From assembly GCF_038087665.1 (NCBI RefSeq), contig NZ_CP149925.1:1712870-1736869 (forward strand): 24,000 nt of DNA, written 5' to 3'. How positions within the stretch are numbered: the first letter of the stretch is position 1; every line of letters begins with the position of its first letter. Shown one piece after another: positions 7,028-15,652 of the stretch. Position numbers and translations under genes: made by a program. Source of the DNA: Gallaecimonas sp. GXIMD4217 (GTDB taxonomy: Bacteria; Pseudomonadota; Gammaproteobacteria; Enterobacterales; Gallaecimonadaceae). The notes beneath the pieces were generated by a model. It was given only the letters and a program-made list of their open reading frames with translations. It was not told the DNA's origin and searched no databases.

Positions 7028-8035
7028 CTAGTTCAGTGTGGTGCGCACCACCAGCAGGGTGGCGCGTTGGCCGAGGGCCACCTTGGCGTTGGGGAAGATC
7101 ACCGCTTCCTCCTCGGCCTCGATACGGTGTTCGATATCACCGTCGGTGGCGATCAGGTGCCCCCTGGGATAAGGGGTGAAGTTCTCCACGTCGTCGTCGA
7201 AGGTAAAGGCGAAGGCCTCGCTCTGCTTGTTGATGACGCGGCTGATCTTGTAGAGGTTGAGCCGGCTTTCGTCGTAGGGCGGCAGCGTGAGATCCTGCCC
7301 CCCTACCAGGGCGGCCAGGGTCCGGGCGGCGGCCTCGAAGCGGCTCATGTCGTTCTCGCCGAAGGGGCGAACCTTGCCCAGCTCCACGGTGAAGGCATGG
7401 GCGCCGAAGTTGTGGGACGAGAAATAGCTGAAGGTGGTGGTGGGCGATTCCGACAGCAGCACGGTATCGACGCCACAGGCGGCCAGGAAGCGGATCTGCT
7501 CCTTGTCCCGCGGCGCGCCGTGCAGGAAGGGGTAGACGGCGAACTTCTCGTGCCGGGAGCCGCGGATGGCGGTGTGCAGATCGTAATGGAGGCGCTCGGC
7601 GCCCTGGCGCTGGCCGAAGAAGCGTGCCACGGCGTCCTCCAGGGCCTTGGCCCGGCGACGCTCGTCGTTGATCAGGCCCTCGCCCTCTGAGTGGGCGCCG
7701 CTGAACAGGCGGTTGAGGTTTTCCTCCACCTGGCGCTCGCCGAGGTTGATGGCGGCGGGGTTGCCAATGAGGATCAGCAGCCGGTGCGACAGCGCCTGGC
7801 TGCCGTCCAGTATGCCCTTGGCCAGATCCCGGACGATCTCCATGGGGGCGGTCTCGTTGCCATGCACGCCGCAGGAAAGAATGATGTCCTTGTTGCCGGG
7901 CTCGGCCGGGCTGAAGGTGAAGATGCCGGTGTCCCAGATCTCGACCTGGATACCGCCGTCTGTGGTGAAAGAGGATGGGGCCAGGTGGCCTGGGTTGGCG
8001 CGGGTCAGCGCCAGAATATCGTTATGGGCGATCAT
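7028..8035 (-). CDS. astE: Succinylglutamate desuccinylase
   Basis: 335 aa. The zinc-carboxypeptidase-like motifs SCGVHGNETAPME and YDLHTAIRGS, and the overall alignment to E. coli AstE as recalled, support the call. AAGGAG lies 5 nt before the ATG. It is not next to other ast genes. Confidence 0.9.
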   Translation of the reverse strand: MIAHNDILALTRANPGHLAPSSFTTDGGIQVEIWDTGIFTFSPAEPGNKDIILSCGVHGNETAPMEIVRDLAKGILDGSQALSHRLLILIGNPAAINLGERQVEENLNRLFSGAHSEGEGLINDERRRAKALEDAVARFFGQRQGAERLHYDLHTAIRGSRHEKFAVYPFLHGAPRDKEQIRFLAACGVDTVLLSESPTTTFSYFSSHNFGAHAFTVELGKVRPFGENDMSRFEAAARTLAALVGGQDLTLPPYDESRLNLYKISRVINKQSEAFAFTFDDDVENFTPYPRGHLIATDGDIEHRIEAEEEAVIFPNAKVALGQRATLLVVRTTLN

Positions 8036-8067
8036 CCCTGCTCCTTATGATGATTGCAGGGCCGCCA

Positions 8068-8099
8068 TTATAAACAAAAGAGGCGCCAAGCGGCGCCTC
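8068..8099 (-). terminator. Rho-independent terminator after pgm
   Basis: GAGGCGCC AAGC GGCGCCTC hairpin (8080..8099), followed on the minus strand by TTTTGTTTATAA. Confidence 0.8.
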
Positions 8100-8106
8100 C
8101 TTCACA

Positions 8107-9735
8107 TCAGACCTGTGCCAGCCAGTCCGCCAGCAGGGCCTGGGCATCCCGCAGGATCTGCTCCAGGTGGCCCTCGTCCACGAAGGACTCGGCGTAGATC
8201 TTGTAGATGGGCTCGGTGCCGGACGGCCTGGCGGCGAACCAGCCGTTGTCGCTGACCACCTTGATGCCACCTATGGCGGCGCCATTGCCGGGCGCCTGGA
8301 TAAAGGCCGACACGACGGCGTCACCGGCCAGCATGGCGCCCTCGGCAAGCGTCGGCACCAGGCGGCCAAAGGCGGCCTTCATCTCGGCCTCGACGGGGGC
8401 GTCGATACGCTTGTAGAAGGAGACGCCGTGCCGGGCCACCAGCTCCTGGTGATACTGGCTGGCGCTCTTGCCGGTCTTGGCCTGGATCTCCGCCGCCAGC
8501 AGGCCCAGGATCAGGCCGTCCTTGTCGGTGCTCCAGGGCCGCCCTTCCCTGTCCAGGAAGCTGGCGCCGGCGGACTCCTCGCCGCCAAAGGCCAGTTTGC
8601 CCTGGTGCAGGCCGTCCACAAACCACTTGAAGCCCACCGGCACCTCCACCAGGGGGCGGCCGTTGTCGGCCACCACCTTGTCGATGAGGGCGCTGGACAC
8701 CAGGGTCTTGCCGATGCCCAGCTCACTGGGCCAGTGGCTGCGGTGCCTGCTGAGATAGTCGATGGCCACCGCCAGGTAATGGTTGGGGTTCATCAGCCCG
8801 TCCGGGGTGACGATGCCGTGGCGATCGGCGTCCGGATCATTGCCCAGGCAGAGATCGTACTGGTCCTTGTACTGGAGCAGATCCGCCATCACCGGCGCCG
8901 AGGAGCAGTCCATGCGGATGGCACCGTCCTTGTCCCTGGGCATGAAGGCAAAACGGGGGTCGACGCGCTCGTCCACCACCGTCAGCTCAAGCTGCCAGTG
9001 CTCGGCGATGGCGCGCCAGTAATCCAGGGCGGCGCCGCCCAGAGGATGCACGGCGATGCGCACCCCGGCCTCGCGGATGGCGGCCAGGTTGATGACCCTG
9101 TCCAGATCCCGCACATAGTGCTCGACGAAGTCGAAGGCCTCGGCATGGGGGCTGGCCAGGGCCTCGGCCAGGCCGAGCCGCTTGACGCCCTCCAGGCCGC
9201 CTTCCAGGTAGGTATTGGCCCTGGCCTGGATCACCTGGGTGACCTCGGTGCCGGCCGGGCCGCCATGGGGCGGGTTGTACTTGATGCCACCGTCCTGGGG
9301 CGGGTTGTGGGACGGGGTGATGATCAGGCCGTCGGCATTGCCGCCGTGGGCCAGGATGGCGTGGGACACCGCCGGGGTCGGGGTCATGCCGAAGCCGTCC
9401 TGGTAGCGTACCTGTACGCCGTTGGCCACCAGCACCATCAGGGCGCAGTCGAAGGCGGGCCGGGACAGGCCATGGGAATCGAAACCCAGGTACAGGGGGC
9501 CATTGATGCCGGCGTCACGGCGGTAGTCCGCCACGGCCTGGGCTATGGCCAGCACGTGGTCCTGGTTGAAGCTGGCCCTGAGGCTGGTGCCCCTGTGGCC
9601 GGAGGTGCCGAAGCTGACCCGCTCGCCGGCCTTGGCGGGATCGGGCCTGGTCAGGAAAAACTGGGAAATGAGGGCGGGAATATCCACCAACTGGGATTGC
9701 GGCGCCGGGGTACCGGCACCGTTGTCACTGGCCAT
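8107..9735 (-). CDS. pgm: Phosphoglucomutase, alpha-D-glucose phosphate-specific
   Basis: 542 aa. It has the active-site serine loop [19 protein letters not shown] near the N-terminus and GGEESAG. It is collinear with E. coli Pgm and downstream of seqA, as in E. coli. Confidence 0.96.
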   Translation of the reverse strand: MASDNGAGTPAPQSQLVDIPALISQFFLTRPDPAKAGERVSFGTSGHRGTSLRASFNQDHVLAIAQAVADYRRDAGINGPLYLGFDSHGLSRPAFDCALMVLVANGVQVRYQDGFGMTPTPAVSHAILAHGGNADGLIITPSHNPPQDGGIKYNPPHGGPAGTEVTQVIQARANTYLEGGLEGVKRLGLAEALASPHAEAFDFVEHYVRDLDRVINLAAIREAGVRIAVHPLGGAALDYWRAIAEHWQLELTVVDERVDPRFAFMPRDKDGAIRMDCSSAPVMADLLQYKDQYDLCLGNDPDADRHGIVTPDGLMNPNHYLAVAIDYLSRHRSHWPSELGIGKTLVSSALIDKVVADNGRPLVEVPVGFKWFVDGLHQGKLAFGGEESAGASFLDREGRPWSTDKDGLILGLLAAEIQAKTGKSASQYHQELVARHGVSFYKRIDAPVEAEMKAAFGRLVPTLAEGAMLAGDAVVSAFIQAPGNGAAIGGIKVVSDNGWFAARPSGTEPIYKIYAESFVDEGHLEQILRDAQALLADWLAQV

Positions 9736-9773
9736 GGGCTGTCCTTGGAACTTGGCTGTCGGTCTTTGGCAAC

Positions 9774-10244
9774 TCAGATCTTGGCGACGATGTCCTGGAT
9801 CTGGCCGTCGTCGTAGCCGAGCACGGCCATGGTCTGGCTGACGATGGCCCGCTTCTTGGCGGTATTGTTGTTGGTCACCACCCAGTAGGGGCTGCCGGGG
9901 ATGGCCTTGGGATTGGTGGACTTGCCGGCGGCGTTGAGGGCCTTGGCATCGGTGGAGAAATAGAGGCGGTCGCGGCCACGGATCTGCAGCACCTTAGCGA
10001 ACTCCTGGCCGTGCTTGCCGTGCAGCTCGCCCAGCACCGCCAGGAAGCGGCCCACGGCGCTGCCGGCATTTTCCAGGGTCTCCACGGGCACCTCGCCGTT
10101 GACCTTGGCCACGGCGGGGGCAGCGGCGGCGCCCTGGGCGAAGCCAAGCAGGCGGCGCAGGATGTCGGAGGCGCTTTCACCGATATGTTGGGTATTGGAC
10201 GCGATGTACTGATACAGATCGTCGTCTACTTCGATGGTTTTCAT
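9774..10244 (-). CDS. seqA: Replication initiation negative regulator SeqA (hemimethylated GATC binding)
   Basis: [35 protein letters not shown] matches the SeqA N-terminal domain. The C-terminal domain reads RDRLYFSTD...[19 protein letters not shown] prefer ATG 10244 over the track start 10271 because SeqA proteins begin MKTIEVD. Confidence 0.93.
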   Translation of the reverse strand: MKTIEVDDDLYQYIASNTQHIGESASDILRRLLGFAQGAAAAPAVAKVNGEVPVETLENAGSAVGRFLAVLGELHGKHGQEFAKVLQIRGRDRLYFSTDAKALNAAGKSTNPKAIPGSPYWVVTNNNTAKKRAIVSQTMAVLGYDDGQIQDIVAKI

Positions 10245-10265
10245 CCCTATTCTCAACGTCCTGAG

Positions 10266-10331
10266 GATCACTGAAAAGCGATTATACCCAGATCCAGATC
10301 ATTTGCATGCCCGTGTCTTCCTTTGCAAAAT
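10266..10331. promoter_or_regulatory. Divergent seqA / ybfF promoter region with a GATC cluster
   Basis: On the minus strand there is a perfect TATAAT (10286..10281) about 37 nt upstream of the seqA ATG. GATC sites are at 10266, 10291 and 10297; the latter two lie in the -10/-35 spacer. On the plus strand TTGCAT (10303..10308)-17-CAAAAT (10326..10331) is a possible ybfF promoter. The -35 for seqA is poor. Confidence 0.35.
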
Positions 10332-10361
10332 GCCCCCTCAGCCAGTGACTCGAGTTGTGTG

Positions 10362-11129
10362 ATGCCACTTTTGAACTACCAACAGCGCGGCCAGGGCCGC
10401 CCCCTGATCCTGATCCACGGCCTGTTCGGCAGCCTGGACAACCTCGGCGCCCTGGGCCGCAGCCTGGAAGACGCCTTCCAGGTGACCTCTGTGGACGTGC
10501 GCAACCACGGCAAGTCCTTCCACAGCGACGAGATGCACTACCAAGCCATGGCCGGCGACGTGCTGGCATTGATGGATCACCTGGGCATCGAAACCGCCTC
10601 GGTGGTGGGCCATTCCATGGGCGGCAAGATAGCCATGCAGCTGGCCCTGACGGCGCCCGAACGGGTGAGCGCCCTGGTGGCGGCGGACATCGCCCCGGTC
10701 GCCTACCGGCGCAACAACCACGAGGGGGTCTTTAAGGGTCTGTCCAGCATCGACCCCGGCTGCTACGACAGCCGCAAGGCGGTCGAGACCGAGCTGGCCA
10801 AATACGTGCTTGAACCCGGGGTGCGCCAGTTCATCCTCAAGAACCTGCAAAAGGGCGACCAGGGCCTGTACTGGCGCCTGAACGTCAGGGCGCTGATCGA
10901 CAACTACCCGGATATCCTCGGCGCGCCAGAGGGAAGCCCCTACCCGGGTCCGACCCTGTTCGTGAAGGGGGCCGAGTCCGATTACCTGACCGCCGACCAC
11001 AAGGAGGCGGTGGCCAGGCTGTTCCCCCGGGCCCAGCTCAAGGTGATCCAGGGCACCGGCCACTGGCTCCATGCCGAGAAACCCGCGGTTTTCAACAAGC
11101 TGGTCGGCGACTTTTTACGGGCCAACTGA
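10362..11129 (+). CDS. ybfF: Alpha/beta-hydrolase esterase YbfF
   Basis: PLILIHGLFGSLDNLGALGRSL and the nucleophile elbow GHSMGGK closely parallel E. coli YbfF. The start is chosen at MPLLNYQQRG (10362) rather than track 10323. It is divergent from seqA, as in E. coli. Confidence 0.88.
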   Translation: MPLLNYQQRGQGRPLILIHGLFGSLDNLGALGRSLEDAFQVTSVDVRNHGKSFHSDEMHYQAMAGDVLALMDHLGIETASVVGHSMGGKIAMQLALTAPERVSALVAADIAPVAYRRNNHEGVFKGLSSIDPGCYDSRKAVETELAKYVLEPGVRQFILKNLQKGDQGLYWRLNVRALIDNYPDILGAPEGSPYPGPTLFVKGAESDYLTADHKEAVARLFPRAQLKVIQGTGHWLHAEKPAVFNKLVGDFLRAN

Positions 11130-11158
11130 TTGGTCGCGGCCGGGCCTTTATGTATAAT
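11130..11158 (+). promoter_or_regulatory. Candidate sigma70 promoter TTGGTC-17-TATAAT for DUF2788-ybfE-fldA
   Basis: -35 TTGGTC 11130..11135, 17-nt spacer, perfect -10 TATAAT 11153..11158, 32 nt upstream of the ATG at 11191. Confidence 0.45.
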
Positions 11159-11190
11159 CCGCGCCGGTCATCAAATATCGGACTCGCAAG

Positions 11191-11412
11191 ATGTTGGCAG
11201 AGCACTACGAAACCCTTGAGGCGATCGGCCTGAATCTCTTCTTTGTGGCCATTTTCGTCTTCATCGGCCTGGCCATCCAGGACGTGTTGAAGAAAGGCAA
11301 TGTCCCCAAGTTCGGCCGCTATATCGTCTGGCTGGTGCTCTTTCTCGGTTGTGCCGGCTTCATCAGCAAGGAAATCATCAAGCTGTTCTGGGAAGGCTCC
11401 GGCATTGGCTGA
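11191..11412 (+). CDS. DUF2788 small membrane protein (73 aa)
   Basis: Two TM segments and the conserved core DVLKKGNVPKFGRYIVWLVLFLGCAGFI, typical of DUF2788 proteins of Vibrio and Aeromonas relatives. Confidence 0.82.
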   Translation: MLAEHYETLEAIGLNLFFVAIFVFIGLAIQDVLKKGNVPKFGRYIVWLVLFLGCAGFISKEIIKLFWEGSGIG

Positions 11413-11428
11413 GATGAAGCGATAAACT

Positions 11429-11707
11429 ATGGCCAAGGAATCCAGCGATCGCATCACCATTGATCTCTTTGCAGAAGAAAAACGCCGCGGCAGGCCCAAG
11501 ACCAATCCCCTGCCCCGCAAGCTGCAGCTGAAGGTCAACAAGCGCAACCAGATCAAGCGCGACAAGGAAAAGGGGCTCAGGCGCATCGAGCTCAAGGTGG
11601 AACAGCAGCTGTTCGACGCCTTGAACGACCTGGCCCAGGAACAGAATTTGAGCCGAAGCCAGCTCATCGAATCCATTTTGAAATCCCAGTTGGAAGCCGG
11701 GGACTGA
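11429..11707 (+). CDS. ybfE: LexA-regulated protein YbfE (CopG/RHH-like)
   Basis: MAKESSDRITIDLFAEEKRRGRPKTNPLPR...NKRNQIKRDKEKGLRRIELKV...LSRSQLIE is collinear with E. coli YbfE as recalled. Its position between ybfF and fldA is conserved. Confidence 0.88.
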   Translation: MAKESSDRITIDLFAEEKRRGRPKTNPLPRKLQLKVNKRNQIKRDKEKGLRRIELKVEQQLFDALNDLAQEQNLSRSQLIESILKSQLEAGD

Positions 11708-11748
11708 CCCGGATTCCGGCGACAGAAAACGAGAGGAAGCGAGATTTT

Positions 11749-12276
11749 ATGGCGACTGTAGGTCTTTTCTTCGGTAGCGATACAGGCAATACCGAAGCCG
11801 TAGCCAAGATGATCCAGAAGCAGCTGGGCAAGAAGATGCTGGAAGTGAAGGACATCGCCAAGTCCAGCAAGGAAGACATCGAAGAATACAGCCTGCTGCT
11901 GTTCGGGATCCCCACCTGGTACTACGGCGAGGCCCAGTGCGACTGGGACGACTTCTTCCCCAGCCTGGAAGAGATCGACTTCACCGACAAGCTGGTAGCC
12001 ATCTTCGGCTGCGGTGACCAGGAAGACTATGCCGAGTACTTCCTCGACGCCATGGGCATGGTGCGCGACATCGTCGAAAGCCGTGGCGGCATCGTCATCG
12101 GCCACTGGCCCACCGAGAGCTACAACTTCGTGGCCTCCAAGGCCCTGGTGGACGACGAGCACTTCGTCGGCCTGGGCATCGACGAGGACCGCCAGCCCGA
12201 GCTGACCGCCGAGCGCGTCGAGAAGTGGGTCAATCAGGTCTACGAAGAGATGTGCCTGGCCGAGCTGGAAGACTGA
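11749..12276 (+). CDS. fldA: Flavodoxin I
   Basis: 175 aa. FMN-binding loop GLFFGSDTGNTE and the long-chain flavodoxin features WYYGEAQCDWDDF and GLGIDEDRQPELT. SD GAGGAAG. Confidence 0.96.
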   Translation: MATVGLFFGSDTGNTEAVAKMIQKQLGKKMLEVKDIAKSSKEDIEEYSLLLFGIPTWYYGEAQCDWDDFFPSLEEIDFTDKLVAIFGCGDQEDYAEYFLDAMGMVRDIVESRGGIVIGHWPTESYNFVASKALVDDEHFVGLGIDEDRQPELTAERVEKWVNQVYEEMCLAELED

Positions 12277-12291
12277 GCTCCCCCTTCATTG

Positions 12292-12318
12292 AAAAAGGCG
12301 CCCCTTGGCGCCTTTTTT
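12292..12318. terminator. Bidirectional rho-independent terminator (fldA / DUF4442 gene)
   Basis: AAAAAGGCGCC CCTT GGCGCCTTTTTT between convergent stops at 12276 and 12320. Confidence 0.88.
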
Positions 12319-12319
12319 A

Positions 12320-12793
12320 TTACGGCCGGTATTTGCGCTTGAGCCGTACATAGAGGGTGCGGCGCACCTCGGCTACCGCCTCGCCCCTGGCGTCCTTGAG
12401 CTGCACCGCCACCTGGGGGAAGTGCTTTTCGCCGGTCTCGGTGGCCTTTTCTATCTCCGCCAGCAGGCCGTCGGTCAGTTCGAACTCGGCCTGGATGTCG
12501 GACAGGCCCGGCTTGTCGAAGCGGATGGCCGCCTCCCTGTCCCAGACGTGGTACTCCTTGCCCAGGTGGCCCATCAGCATCAGCGGCAGTATGGGATCGG
12601 TCATGGAGAACATGGAGCCGCCATACTGGCTGTTGTTGGCGTTCTGGTTCCAGGGGCGGCGCTTGAGCCTGACCCGGCAATAGCGAAAGTCCTCGCTCAA
12701 CTCGACGATCTTGATGCCGGTGAACAAGAACGGCGGCCACAGGTTCAGCACCCGTCTCAGCCTGGAGGCCTTGGAAAATACCCAGTTTTTCAT
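12320..12793 (-). CDS. DUF4442 domain protein (hotdog-fold, thioesterase-like)
   Basis: 157 aa. NLWPPFLFTGIKIVELSEDFRYCRVRLKRRPWNQNANNSQYGGSMFSMTDP resembles the DUF4442/YiiD C-terminal family as I recall it. No catalytic assignment is possible. Confidence 0.7.
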   Translation of the reverse strand: MKNWVFSKASRLRRVLNLWPPFLFTGIKIVELSEDFRYCRVRLKRRPWNQNANNSQYGGSMFSMTDPILPLMLMGHLGKEYHVWDREAAIRFDKPGLSDIQAEFELTDGLLAEIEKATETGEKHFPQVAVQLKDARGEAVAEVRRTLYVRLKRKYRP

Positions 12794-12914
12794 TGCTTAT
12801 ACTGCTTTCGACACTGAGCATTTATTCTAACTTTCCTGCTGGAAATGAACAGCCGCCTTGGGTACTTTTGGAAAACCTTTGAAAGTACGGGTTTTATGAC
12901 AGGGCCCCGCTGCC

Positions 12915-12929
12915 TATAATGGACCATTA
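12915..12929 (+). promoter_or_regulatory. Candidate fur -10 element (TATAAT) overlapped by the perfect palindrome TAATGG-A-CCATTA
   Basis: TATAAT at 12915..12920, palindrome at 12917..12929, 40 nt upstream of the fur ATG. The arms (ATAAT / ATTA) resemble Fur-box half-sites, but the overall spacing is 2 nt short of the 19-bp consensus. No good -35. Confidence 0.35.
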
Positions 12930-12968
12930 ACGTGGAGATGGCCCCTGGCCACCAAGACAGGAAATTTC

Positions 12969-13412
12969 ATGGCTGACGAGAATCAAGCACTGCGCGACGC
13001 CGGCCTCAAGGTGACCCTGCCCAGGGTCAAGATCCTTGAGCTGTTGCAGGATCCGGACAACCAGCACATCAGTGCCGAGGACCTGTACAAGAAGCTCATC
13101 GACCTGGGTGAGGAGATCGGCCTGGCCACCGTCTACCGGGTGCTTAACCAGTTCGACGATGCCGGCATCGTCACTCGCCACCATTTCGAGGGCGGCAAGT
13201 CCGTGTTCGAGCTGACCCGCAAGCACCACCATGATCACCTGGTCTGTCTCAAGTGCGGCAAGGTGGTGGAGTTCATGGACGAGGTCATCGAAGAGCGCCA
13301 GAAGGCCGTGGCCAAGCAGCACAAGATCAAGCTGACCCACCACAGCCTCTACCTGTATGGCGAATGCGAGGATACCGAAGCCTGCGATCGCCACCGCAAG
13401 GGCGAGGACTGA
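12969..13412 (+). CDS. fur: Ferric uptake regulator
   Basis: 147 aa. LKVTLPRVKILELL...ISAEDLYKKLIDLGEEIGLATVYRVLNQFDDAGIV, metal sites HHHDHLVCLKCGKV and the C-terminal cysteine pair GECEDTEAC. SD AGGAAA lies 6 nt upstream. Confidence 0.97.
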   Translation: MADENQALRDAGLKVTLPRVKILELLQDPDNQHISAEDLYKKLIDLGEEIGLATVYRVLNQFDDAGIVTRHHFEGGKSVFELTRKHHHDHLVCLKCGKVVEFMDEVIEERQKAVAKQHKIKLTHHSLYLYGECEDTEACDRHRKGED

Positions 13413-13440
13413 AAAAGGCGGCCAATGGCCGCCTCTTTTA
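13413..13440. terminator. Rho-independent terminator after fur; also usable by convergent fadH
   Basis: AAAAAGGCGGCC AAT GGCCGCCTCTTTTAT, with an A-run on the left and a T-run on the right. Confidence 0.85.
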
Positions 13441-13449
13441 TCCGATGAG

Positions 13450-13475
13450 AAGGCCGCGTGAGCGGCCTTTTTTTG
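13450..13475 (+). terminator. Second tandem hairpin terminator
   Basis: AAGGCCGC GTGA GCGGCCTT followed by TTTTTTTG, immediately abutting the fadH stop at 13476. Confidence 0.7.
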
Positions 13476-15530
<2,055 letters not shown>

Positions 15531-15599
15531 CTAGCAGACTACTCATCGGAGGACGGACGTGCAAGGGGCTCGACAATAAATGGTTACAAATTGGGTTTC

Positions 15600-15617
15600 G
15601 CATCAAGGTCTTGATGC
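15600..15617. promoter_or_regulatory. Perfect palindrome GCATCAAG-GT-CTTGATGC in the fadH/sppA divergent region
   Basis: 8-bp arms with a 2-bp spacer. It lies 36 nt upstream of the sppA ATG and about 97 nt upstream of the fadH ATG. A candidate fadH promoter TTGCAC-17-TAGTCT (minus strand, 15564..15536) lies between it and fadH. The binding factor is unknown. Confidence 0.3.
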
Positions 15618-15652
15618 AATAGCATGCTAACCAGGACAAGCAAGATAGGAAC

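Noticed and set aside
7028-8035. astE isolated from the rest of the arginine succinyltransferase (ast) genes, as a possible sign of a novel pathway context.
   Set aside because: A stand-alone astE away from the other ast genes is, to my recollection, common outside Enterobacteriaceae. The neighbouring genes (the dehydrogenase operon and pgm) have their own terminators and promoters, and there is no functional link visible in the sequence.
8036-8075. A TATAAT (minus strand, 8073..8068) just upstream of astE as an astE promoter.
   Set aside because: It overlaps the T-tract of the pgm terminator, and there is no acceptable -35 because that position falls inside the hairpin. It cannot be distinguished from chance.
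11130-11430. LexA (SOS) box expected upstream of ybfE.
   Set aside because: No CTGT-N8-ACAG-like sequence is visible by eye upstream of ybfE or the preceding DUF2788 gene. I have not reported one, and a formal matrix scan is still needed.
12794-12968. A canonical 19-bp Fur box (GATAATGATAATCATTATC) in the fur promoter, and a 24-codon ORF starting at 12844 (MNSRLGYFWKTFESTGFMTGPRCL).
   Set aside because: Only a shortened palindrome with Fur-like arms is present, not a full box. The 24-codon ORF has no SD, lies upstream of the likely promoter and looks fortuitous.
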